Assembly: GCA_007117735.1 (NCBI GenBank)
Contig: SKGA01000028.1
Span: 1-49,951, forward strand
Direction: 5' to 3'
Length of the DNA: 49,951 nucleotides
DNA from: Candidatus Woesearchaeota archaeon
Lineage (GTDB): Archaea; Nanobdellota; Nanobdellia; Woesearchaeales; SKGA01
Position 1 is the first letter of the stretch. Each line of letters starts with the position of its first letter. Position numbers and translations under genes: made by a program. Positions 19,521-27,900 of this stretch are shown here, piece by piece. Below the pieces are notes generated by a model. That model was not told the origin of the DNA. It saw only the letters and a list, made by a program, of their open reading frames with translations, and searched no databases.

Positions 19521-19532
19521 GTTAATAAATAG
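19521..19532 (+). promoter_or_regulatory. TATA-box-like element for the RNase P RNA gene
   Basis: GTTAATAAATAG lies about 20-30 nt upstream of the predicted 5' end of the RNA at 19552. Confidence 0.35.
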
Positions 19533-19551
19533 AAAGAAAATATTAATGAAA

Positions 19552-19861
19552 GTAAGGTGATCATTTCGGTTTCGGCTTATGCTGAGGAAAGTCCACCCAT
19601 CAACAAAAGTAGCTTCGCGAGTGAAGAATCTGAATAAGATTGGCAACCGTACAGAAATAATACCGCTTAAGATTAATGGAATGATACTGGAAATTTCTTT
19701 GGTGACAAGGAAAAGAACCGTTGACGTCGTCTTAAGAATGGGTGAAATGCGCGTCCCTACCGATGCAAGTCTTTATGGCGCTTAGTAGAATCCGGAAACA
19801 AGATATCGTAAATCGTTAAGATTTATTTGGTCTTGACAAAAGGTGGCTTATGTCACCTTAC
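19552..19861 (+). ncRNA. rnpB: RNase P RNA (archaeal type A-like)
   Basis: CR-I GAGGAAAGTCC at 19584-19594. CR-V-like ACAAAAGGTGGCTTA at about 19836-19850. P4 can form between AAGUCCACC and GGUGGCUU, leaving the universally conserved bulged U. A 9-bp terminal P1 forms between GTAAGGTGA (19552-19560) and TCACCTTAC (19853-19861). A T6 run follows. Confidence 0.85.
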
Positions 19862-19863
19862 AC

Positions 19864-19869
19864 TTTTTT
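19864..19869 (+). terminator. Oligo-T tract after the RNase P RNA
   Basis: TTTTTT begins 3 nt after the P1 3' strand. Archaeal terminators are typically oligo-T tracts. Confidence 0.35.
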
Positions 19870-19875
19870 AACCAG

Positions 19876-19887
19876 TATATTTATAAA
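19876..19887 (+). promoter_or_regulatory. TATA-box-like element for the ABC transporter operon
   Basis: TATATTTATAAA lies about 35-45 nt upstream of the ATG at 19923, which is preceded by AGAGGAAGAGGT. Confidence 0.4.
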
Positions 19888-19922
19888 TGAGAACTTCTCA
19901 AATAGTAAAAAGAGGAAGAGGT

Positions 19923-20888
19923 ATGGATGATCCTATTTTTAAAGTAAGAAATGTTGAAAAACGCTTTGGCGACCATCAGGTTCTTCAAAATATAACTCTG
20001 GATATTCACAAAGGAGATATTCTTGGAATTATTGGAGGTAGTGGTTCTGGAAAAACAACTTTTCTGCACACTTTGATCGGATTCCTTAAACCTGACTCTG
20101 GAGATATTGAATTCAGACTTAATAAACTTCTTTCATATAAAAGTGCTTACACGTATCGTTCTGTATATGAAAAACAAAATCTTGTAAAAAAGATTTATGG
20201 ATTTGCTTCTCAAATACCTTCGTTTTACGAAGAACTTACTCCTGAAGAAAATCTTCAATATTTTGGAAAATTACATAATTTAGATAAAGACAGTATTGAA
20301 GGAAATAAAAAAACATTATTACACTTAATGGAATTAGATAAAGCTGCAAAATTACCATCAAAACACTTATCTGGAGGAATGGAACGAAGATTAGATATTG
20401 CTTGTGCACTCATGCATGATCCTGATGTATTAATTCTTGATGAACCAACCGCAGACCTAGATCCTTTACTTCGAAGTCATATTTGGGATTTAATAAGAAA
20501 AATAAACAAAAAAGGAACAACAATCATTCTTTCAAGCCACCACTTAGCAGAATTAGAAACCCTTTGTAATAGAATTGCAATAATTAAGGAAGGAAAAGTT
20601 CTTGCTCAAGGAAAACCTGCAGAGCTAAAGAAAAAATTCTTAGTAAATCAAGAAATAACTATTCAAACGAATCCAGGTAATTATCAAGAACTAAAAAAAA
20701 CATTAGAAAAAGAACAAATCAATCATACAAAAATAGAAAAAGATAGAATGAGAATATTCACCCCGAACCCAGAAAAAGACCTATTCAAAATAATATCTGT
20801 TTTGAAATCTTCAAAAGAAAAACTAACAAATATTAAACTAAGTGGAGCATCATTAGATGATGTGTTTATAGAGATTTGGAAAAAATGA
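19923..20888 (+). CDS. ABC transporter ATP-binding protein (ABC-2/DrrA-like)
   Basis: Walker A GGSGSGKTT, signature LSGGMERRL, Walker B VLILDEPTADLD, H-loop SSHHL. I prefer the start at ATG 19923 (MDDPIFKV...) because of its purine-rich SD. The track start at 19887 would lie inside the TATA element. Confidence 0.9.
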   Translation: MDDPIFKVRNVEKRFGDHQVLQNITLDIHKGDILGIIGGSGSGKTTFLHTLIGFLKPDSGDIEFRLNKLLSYKSAYTYRSVYEKQNLVKKIYGFASQIPSFYEELTPEENLQYFGKLHNLDKDSIEGNKKTLLHLMELDKAAKLPSKHLSGGMERRLDIACALMHDPDVLILDEPTADLDPLLRSHIWDLIRKINKKGTTIILSSHHLAELETLCNRIAIIKEGKVLAQGKPAELKKKFLVNQEITIQTNPGNYQELKKTLEKEQINHTKIEKDRMRIFTPNPEKDLFKIISVLKSSKEKLTNIKLSGASLDDVFIEIWKK

Positions 20889-22852
20889 GAAAATTTTTAT
20901 TAGCAATCAATAAAAACTTGAAAATCTTGTTTCGATTAAAAACAAGCCTTATTGCAATGATACTAGGCCCTCTTCTTGTTATTTTCCTTATCGGTTTTGC
21001 ATTTAATTCAACAGCACAGTTTCAAATAAATATTGGGTATAGCGCTGCAGATAATTCAGAATTAACTCAAGAATTTATTGAAAATTTAAATAAAGAATAT
21101 ACTACAAAATCATTCTCTTCAATAGAGGAATGTACTTTTGAACTTCAACAAGGAATTCAACATGTATGTATTGATTTTCCAGAAAATTTTGTCATACAAG
21201 AACAGAACACCATTGATTTTTTTGTAGATAATTCCCGAGTAAATATTGTTTATACAGTTCTTGCAAGTGTTTCAGAAAATATTGGTCTTCAAAGCGATCA
21301 AGTAAGCCAAAATCTTGCTCAAGCGTTGATTGACACATTAGATACTGCGGGAGAAGATATTGACGAAGTAATAGGAAATGTAGTATTATTAAAACAACAA
21401 ATCAGACAGACAGATTCTCAAACAGAAGAAATAGGTTCCTCTCTTGGTGAAATAAATTTAGGATCAATTACAATACCGACTGATTTTGAAAGTGATTTAC
21501 AAGAAATAATAACAAGATCAAATACTACGAAAAATAGCTTACAAGAAATAATAGATGAAGGGCTAAATTTAACTGAAGAAATAAAGGATCTATCATCTAA
21601 TCCAGGGGTTCTGATTGCTGCAGATAATCTGGAATTTGAATTAAATGCCATGAGCTCCGAAGTAAATTCAGGTGATTCGATAATTCGACAAGAAGTGAAT
21701 AATTTACGTTCAAGCTTACAACAAGTTGATACTGCAATAAGCCAACTAGAAAATTCATTACAAGAAACACAAACAAGAGTGAGTTCAAATGTAGACTCTT
21801 TACAAAATATTAGAGGAAACTTAGAAACAACAATTAATTCTTTAGATAATATACAAAACGATCTAGAAGAGATCTATACAAATATCAACTCTGTTGAAAT
21901 CAGATCAAGTGAACAAATAGTAAACCCTATTTCTACAAGAATAAATACTGTCTCTGCAGAGAATAACCAACTCTTTGTCCTCTTCCCATACGTGCTTCTC
22001 CTGATTATTATGTTCGGTGGATTAATGCTTTCTTCAACCCTTGTTGTTGTTGAAAAAAGAAGCAAAGCAAGTTTTAGAGTTTTTACTACACCAACCACTG
22101 ACCAGTTTTATATTTGGACCACATTCATGACAAGTTTTATCATCATACTAGTTCAACTTATCATTATTTATCTTTTAATGAATGCATTTTTTATTGATTT
22201 AATTGGAGCGAATATCGAAGTAACCATACCTTTACTTATTGTTGCTTCAAGTCTATTTATTATGCTTGGAATGGCACTAGGTTATCTTATGCCTAGTCAA
22301 CAAGGAGCAAACATGGCAAGCATTTCATTAGGAGCGATATTCTTATTTTTATCAAATATCATGCTTCCGCTAGAAACAGTTTCTTCTTACTTACAAACAA
22401 TAGCATATTATAATCCGTTCGTTATGTCTGCAGAAGTGCTTCGGCAAGGAATTATTTTTCAGACAGGATTCCAAGAAGTATGGGAAACAATAGCTTATTT
22501 ACTAGGGTACATTGTGATAATCTTTATCCTTATTGTAGTCTTCCAAAGATTGTCTAAAACAAAGTTTATGCATCGATTAACAAAAAAACAAAAGAAAGGT
22601 AAAAAAACAAAAGAATTGATAATCGGAGAAACAACTATTAAAACTGAAAAAGACTTCGTAAAAGCAGTTGCAAGTTTAACCGAAGAAGAGTTTAAGAAAA
22701 AAGTAATTAAGAATGCAAAAATAAGAACTTTTGTTCGTAAAGAAATTAGTGATGCAATTGGAAGAAGATTAAAGAAGCTTTCTAAAAAAGAATTATTACA
22801 AGCAATTACTGAAAAAAATAAAGAGTTAATTGAAACATCAACTAAAAAATAA
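20885..22852 (+). CDS. ABC-2-type permease with a large extracytoplasmic coiled-coil insert (YhgE/Pip-like architecture)
   Basis: An N-terminal TM is followed by about 330 aa of Q/S/N/E-rich helical repeats, then about 5 C-terminal TMs and a Lys-rich tail. The start ATG at 20885 overlaps the ATPase stop (ATGA). Confidence 0.7.
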   Translation: MRKFLLAINKNLKILFRLKTSLIAMILGPLLVIFLIGFAFNSTAQFQINIGYSAADNSELTQEFIENLNKEYTTKSFSSIEECTFELQQGIQHVCIDFPENFVIQEQNTIDFFVDNSRVNIVYTVLASVSENIGLQSDQVSQNLAQALIDTLDTAGEDIDEVIGNVVLLKQQIRQTDSQTEEIGSSLGEINLGSITIPTDFESDLQEIITRSNTTKNSLQEIIDEGLNLTEEIKDLSSNPGVLIAADNLEFELNAMSSEVNSGDSIIRQEVNNLRSSLQQVDTAISQLENSLQETQTRVSSNVDSLQNIRGNLETTINSLDNIQNDLEEIYTNINSVEIRSSEQIVNPISTRINTVSAENNQLFVLFPYVLLLIIMFGGLMLSSTLVVVEKRSKASFRVFTTPTTDQFYIWTTFMTSFIIILVQLIIIYLLMNAFFIDLIGANIEVTIPLLIVASSLFIMLGMALGYLMPSQQGANMASISLGAIFLFLSNIMLPLETVSSYLQTIAYYNPFVMSAEVLRQGIIFQTGFQEVWETIAYLLGYIVIIFILIVVFQRLSKTKFMHRLTKKQKKGKKTKELIIGETTIKTEKDFVKAVASLTEEEFKKKVIKNAKIRTFVRKEISDAIGRRLKKLSKKELLQAITEKNKELIETSTKK

Positions 22853-23276
22853 TTGGTATAAGAATTATACTTGCAAATAATAACAAAACAAGTAAGAAGA
22901 TAAAGAAAAGCTCTTCCCAAAAAGATCCTGTTCTCAAAAAACCTCTTATTCTACCTATAAAAGGAATACATATACCTTGATAAGTCATACCATCTAGTAG
23001 AAGATGAGTAAACATTCCTAAAATAAAAACGAGTGCATAAAGAGAAGAAGAAAATAATAATCCTATCACTAATAAAAACCAAAACGAATGAAAGATTCCT
23101 CGATGAGAGAAAAATGCTGAAAAGAAAGGAACATATCTTCCAAGAAAACTTTTAGGATGGTCCATGTCTGGAAAAACAGATCCAAAAACTGCAAGAAAAA
23201 TGCCAAAAAAATGAGTGAGGGGAAAGAAAAGAACGCCAACAAGAGCTCCTGCCAGCATATGTGTTTTTGCTTTCAC
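22842..23276 (-). CDS. YdjM-family membrane-bound metal-dependent hydrolase
   Basis: 144 aa with 4 TMs. Motifs: THMLAGALVG, FPDMDHPKS, HRGIFHS, HLLLDGMTYQGI. Confidence 0.65.
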   Translation of the reverse strand: MKAKTHMLAGALVGVLFFPLTHFFGIFLAVFGSVFPDMDHPKSFLGRYVPFFSAFFSHRGIFHSFWFLLVIGLLFSSSLYALVFILGMFTHLLLDGMTYQGICIPFIGRIRGFLRTGSFWEELFFIFLLVLLLFASIILIPIIF

Positions 23277-23277
23277 C

Positions 23278-24375
23278 TTATAATTCTTCTTCTAGATCAT
23301 CTAAGGATAAGAGATCTTCATCATCCTCATCAAAAACTTCTTCAGATACTAAAGAATCTTGAACTGGTTCTTCTTTTTTTACTGGCTTTTTCTCTTCAGA
23401 CGTAGGCAATTCTTGTGAAGAAGAAAGATCTGGATGAGGTTGTACATCTATTTCATACAAAACAATTTCCTTTGTATCGTATTGTTCATTAATTTTAATT
23501 TTACCACGTGCTTTAATAATCTGACCAAGGACATCTGTTTTCAAATCTTCTAAAGCTGCAGTATTTTCTCGTAGAGAAATAATATCTTCATTTGACTTAG
23601 AAAATAATTTTTGAATTTGTTCTTTCCAAAGAGTACCTCGAATAGTGTCAGTCCCATCATCTAAAAACGCATTAAGAACATAATTATAAGTTGGTTCTTG
23701 AGGTCCGTGTTCTGCACAAACAAATGAACCATTTTCTTCTCGAAGTCGTTTATTACAAACAGGGCAGCTTTCAAAGAATCGAGGATCATACACTTGAACA
23801 ATGGTTGCAGTGATTGAAACTACAGAATCTTCTGCAGTAATATCGACTAATTTTTTTTCTTGAGCAGTCATTGATCCCGACCGTTCTTTCACTTCAATAG
23901 TTTTCCCTTCAGGATTAATTACACAATTACTTGCGTTACCCATATGAACTTCAATTCGACCATTGTTTTCCTTTGTATAAGCATTTTGAACCTGAATAAC
24001 ATCACCTTCTTTCAAATTCTCAAAAAAAGTCGTTTTCTCATTCCAAAAAGTTACTCGAGTAAAACCTGAAGCGTCACCTACAAAAATATTCCCTACTTTC
24101 CCACCTTCGCCAAAGGTTCTCATCTCATATTTTTGAAGAACTTTTGCAAAAAAAGTAACATTTCGTAATTGCGGCGTTAATTCTGAAATAGTGAGTTCTG
24201 AAGAAACATCTTCATGAAGAGAAACACCTAATTCATTTGCAATAATGTGAAGAGCTCCTTCTTCAGAAATAAGATTTCCTAAAGAATTCATTTTCTCTTT
24301 GATTTTATTTTGAATGTCTTCAACAGAAAGATTTTTTTGTTTTGCTATAGTTTGAATTTGTTCTTGTAACGTCAT
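23278..24375 (-). CDS. rpa: Replication protein A (archaeal single-stranded DNA-binding protein, OB folds plus zinc finger)
   Basis: N-terminal helical domain (ISEEGALHIIANELGV), OB-fold segments, the zinc ribbon CPVCNKRLREENGSFVCAEHG, and an acidic C-terminal tail DEDDEDLLSLDDLEEEL. Confidence 0.85.
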   Translation of the reverse strand: MTLQEQIQTIAKQKNLSVEDIQNKIKEKMNSLGNLISEEGALHIIANELGVSLHEDVSSELTISELTPQLRNVTFFAKVLQKYEMRTFGEGGKVGNIFVGDASGFTRVTFWNEKTTFFENLKEGDVIQVQNAYTKENNGRIEVHMGNASNCVINPEGKTIEVKERSGSMTAQEKKLVDITAEDSVVSITATIVQVYDPRFFESCPVCNKRLREENGSFVCAEHGPQEPTYNYVLNAFLDDGTDTIRGTLWKEQIQKLFSKSNEDIISLRENTAALEDLKTDVLGQIIKARGKIKINEQYDTKEIVLYEIDVQPHPDLSSSQELPTSEEKKPVKKEEPVQDSLVSEEVFDEDDEDLLSLDDLEEEL

Positions 24376-24424
24376 TGTATATACCTGTCTATTAAGAATA
24401 AGAACTCATTTTTAAGCATTTTGT

Positions 24425-24997
24425 CTATTCGTCTAGTGACTTGAAGACTTTTTGAATAAACTGCTCAGAATACTTCTGCTCTCGAAGAGTATACGCTATT
24501 TGTATATCACTATATCCTTGTTGTCGATAGTACATAATATACTGTTTTAATTGAGAAAAATTTCTTTTTCGGGTATGGAGTAAAACAAGAATAATAATCA
24601 CTAAAAAAGTCAAACCGCTAAAAAGATAGATAAATTGAAAAGACGAAGTAGAAGCAGTAGTTTGCTCAAGAGGAGGCTGTACTGGTCGAGGTCTTTGAGG
24701 ATCGGGATCGACAGGAGAAGATTGTTCAGAAGCATTAACAACAGAATCTCCATCTCTAAAAACTTCGTCTTCAAATAATTCAGGATTTAAAAAAACAAGG
24801 TCCTCATAAAATAAAACTTCTATATCTGCAAAAGAAACCTCGTGCTGACAAAAAAAAGGATAATCTTCACCAAATCGAGCAAGCGCTAAATCAACATCAA
24901 AACATTCTTCAGGTAGTTGAAAAGAAGAAACTGGAGAAACAACTACAAGTAATAATGCAAGAAAGAGTAACAGTTTACCTACAGACACGAGCACCAC
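24425..24997 (-). CDS. Secreted, single-pass membrane protein (last gene of the surface locus)
   Basis: Sec-like signal KLLLFLALLLVVVSPVSSF, then an acidic ectodomain, a P/Q-rich linker, a TM (FIYLFSGLTFLVIIILVLL) and a small cytoplasmic helical domain (YYRQQGYSDIQIAYTLREQKYSEQFIQKV). The likely true start is GTG at 24988, preceded by GAAGGTG plus a 6-nt spacer. It overlaps the 3' end of the upstream gene. Confidence 0.5.
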   Translation of the reverse strand: MVLVSVGKLLLFLALLLVVVSPVSSFQLPEECFDVDLALARFGEDYPFFCQHEVSFADIEVLFYEDLVFLNPELFEDEVFRDGDSVVNASEQSSPVDPDPQRPRPVQPPLEQTTASTSSFQFIYLFSGLTFLVIIILVLLHTRKRNFSQLKQYIMYYRQQGYSDIQIAYTLREQKYSEQFIQKVFKSLDE

Positions 24998-27900
24998 CTT
25001 CTCTTCTTTGTTCTGCTAGTTGCCAACGTCGAGTTCCATATTCAAAATGCCAAGAAGTATAGCTTGGTGAAGTAAAGCGAACAAAACCATAATCACAAAA
25101 AGCGTTTTCCCACGTGTTTGTATTGGTGGTTCTTCCTGTATTTGCATCTCGAAGAGTTACATCAATAGCGCCTGAAACCATATGAGGACAATGACGAGGA
25201 TTACTTCTTGTTCCAGGATTACAAGCAAGATTTCCTCCTCCTCGCAGATGATTTTGATATAACCTATTTTGAATCTCCCATGTTCGATACGCTTGCAAGA
25301 TTACTAATTCAATATCATTTGGAACGAAATATTCTCTACTCATTCTGATTAATTGTCGAGCCATCAATTCGTTAACAGCACAAATTCTTCCAACAGAAGA
25401 TGTTTCTTCATTACAAATAATATTAGGTATATTTCGTATATCATATAAAGGAGCGTTATCTAAATCTCCTCTGAGATGAGTTCCACCAGGTAAAATATAA
25501 GGGACAAGAGTAAAACTCGGCGTGAGATCAGGGAAAGGAACTCTTGTCGAAGGTAATTCAAATATCTCTTGATCAAGAAAATCAACCGGCTGATCTAATC
25601 GATCTAAGACTAATTCTTGTAATCGAGACTCAGGACGATTAGCTATTTGAAAGGTTAAGGATTCATCATCAAAATTGATTCTTCCTTTAAAGATCTGATC
25701 TGACGGCATACAAAGGTTTGAGTTGGAAAAATAATTCTGGAAAAAAGAAAAATCTTCATCAAAAAAAGAAGGCTCTAAAACTTCTTGGAATAAAAATGAA
25801 GAAATATCTTTTGATTCAACATTAAGATAATGATCAAAAACGTGTACTGAAAGATTATATGATCGTCCAGGAATAAAGAAACCACCATCAGGAGTGCTTG
25901 AAAGAAGAACTGAGTATGTATCTTCAGTTGATCCTCGAGAAACATATAATTGTTCTATAGTTGGTTCTAGTTGATTAATTAAAGATAATTCAGTTACTGA
26001 TTGTTCATAAAAGAAAAATGAATCAGTATTTCCTTCAAAAGATATTCCAAACATATAAGGATTATCCGTTTGAGAATCTACTGTCCACGTAACATAGAGT
26101 AGTTCTTGTGCTAAACAGCTTGTTTGTTCTAGAGATAAACTCTTTATTTCCGGAGCTTGACGATCGTCTAAATAAAGTGAAAAGAGAAAAGGTTCTTCGC
26201 TAAAAGAAAAATCTGCGTGTAAAGGAAAATAGTTTTTATTTGATCTGCACAGTAAAGAAGGATCAGTAATGCGCTCGTCAGGAAGGAGCCATTGTAAGTC
26301 ATCTCCATCCTTTAAAATTTGAAGAGAAGGAGAATCAAAAATAAACATATTACGTTCTGAAGGGTTTGGGAAAAAGTGAACTTTTTCATCCGCAATAGTG
26401 AAGAGTAAAGATGAAGAAGGATTCTGAAAGGGGGCATTACGAGTAAAATCAATAGCTGTCGAATGAAGAAGCTGAGAGGTTTGTAATGATCTTGATTCTG
26501 GTAAGTTGGTCAATCCTTCAATAATATCTCCTCGAGAAGTGAGTTGAAAACCATATACTGAAGAATCAATTTCAGGAACTAAAGAATGATTAATATGAAT
26601 ATCGCAAACACAAAGATCTTGATTATTTGTTAAACAATCAAGGTATTGCTCGGCAACAGATAAAGCAAGAGAAGATGTTGTCGGCAGACTAAAAGTATCT
26701 GGTAAATTTTCTGTTAAGCAAGATGCTGTATTATCATCGCACTCTCGATACAGTAAAGAGATCTTTTCTGAAAAAGAAGCAAATTCAGAAAAATTCATTG
26801 GATGATGAGTGACCATCCGCGGTAAAAATTCAATAGCGCTTGATAATAACGAACCTTGAATCGGAGATGAAGAATCTATACTTATCCCTATTTCGTCATA
26901 GTAGGATCGTGCTTGGCAATAAAATGTTTCAATATCACGAGCATAAGGGCAAGTTCGATCTTTAAGGAAAAACTCGCCGCTAGAACCTAAATCTCTATCA
27001 AAATTTCCTTGATAAATACAGAGAATACATTTCCACATTTCTTCAGGATTATTAGCATACTCATTACACCTGAAGTATTGTCCTTGCGAGATAGAGCTAT
27101 CTCCCGTTGTTGCTTCGGTAAACGCGTTAAAAAAAGTAGTTGCTGAACAACGAAGTTGTGCTTTATCAGAAATAACTGCAGGATGATCACAAGATAAATC
27201 ACTTGAGCATGTAGGGAACCATCCACAGCCTGTAAGAAAAGATTTATCTAACTCGTTTGCCCTTTGATTTGAAGAAGCTGCACCCATAGATGATTCTTTC
27301 ATCGCAATAGCCGTAAGTAAAGCAGGATCTATTCCTCGCTCCACACTTGATTGTATAAATGATTCTTCTAAAGACTGTTGAGAGCCAAATGCAGAGTTCT
27401 GTATTCTTGTTCGATAAGTATTTGACAATCGTTGATCCGGACTACAAGCAAAAGAAGGAGCAATCATATTTGTTGATAGCTGTGGAACTGCATTTTTAAA
27501 AAAAGAATCTAAAGAGTCATAACCTTGATCTTGATAAGATAAGCGAATTGCAGTAATATCATACTCTTTAAACCAAACAGTTTGTAATCTTTCTTGCACG
27601 AGGCCTCGCTCAGGAAGACTCGCACTGAACTGATAATCACCATGATATAATAATAATTGAGGAGAAGAAAATAAAGAGCTATTGAAAATAAGAATATCTC
27701 CTGGTTCAAACATGCTTACTTGATCAAAATTGCAAGTTCGACAAACAGCAGGCTTATCTAGTAATCGAGAAATATAAACAGTGGTTGTGTTTCGTTCTTG
27801 GAAAAAAGAAACGTTTGCATGAGTTCCAACCCACCATAACCAACCAGCGGAGTCAAATCCTGCTTCGGTTAAACGAGTAGTTCCTGGTTTAACAGGATAA

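Noticed and set aside
19579-19785. 68-aa plus-strand ORF in the supplied track
   Set aside because: It lies wholly inside the RNase P RNA (CR-I to CR-V region). It has no SD or TATA context and its composition is not protein-like.
26987-27226. Short ORFs nested in or antisense to the large genes (for example 26987-27226, 27509-27709, 28070-28390, 39173-39418, 42086-42286, 44984-45172, 48772-49134, and 680-895, 1651-1887, 10264-11325 in the housekeeping half)
   Set aside because: All lie within much longer ORFs that have recognisable motifs. Their products are low-complexity or Leu/Phe/Lys-rich, as expected from off-frame or antisense translation of AT-rich DNA.
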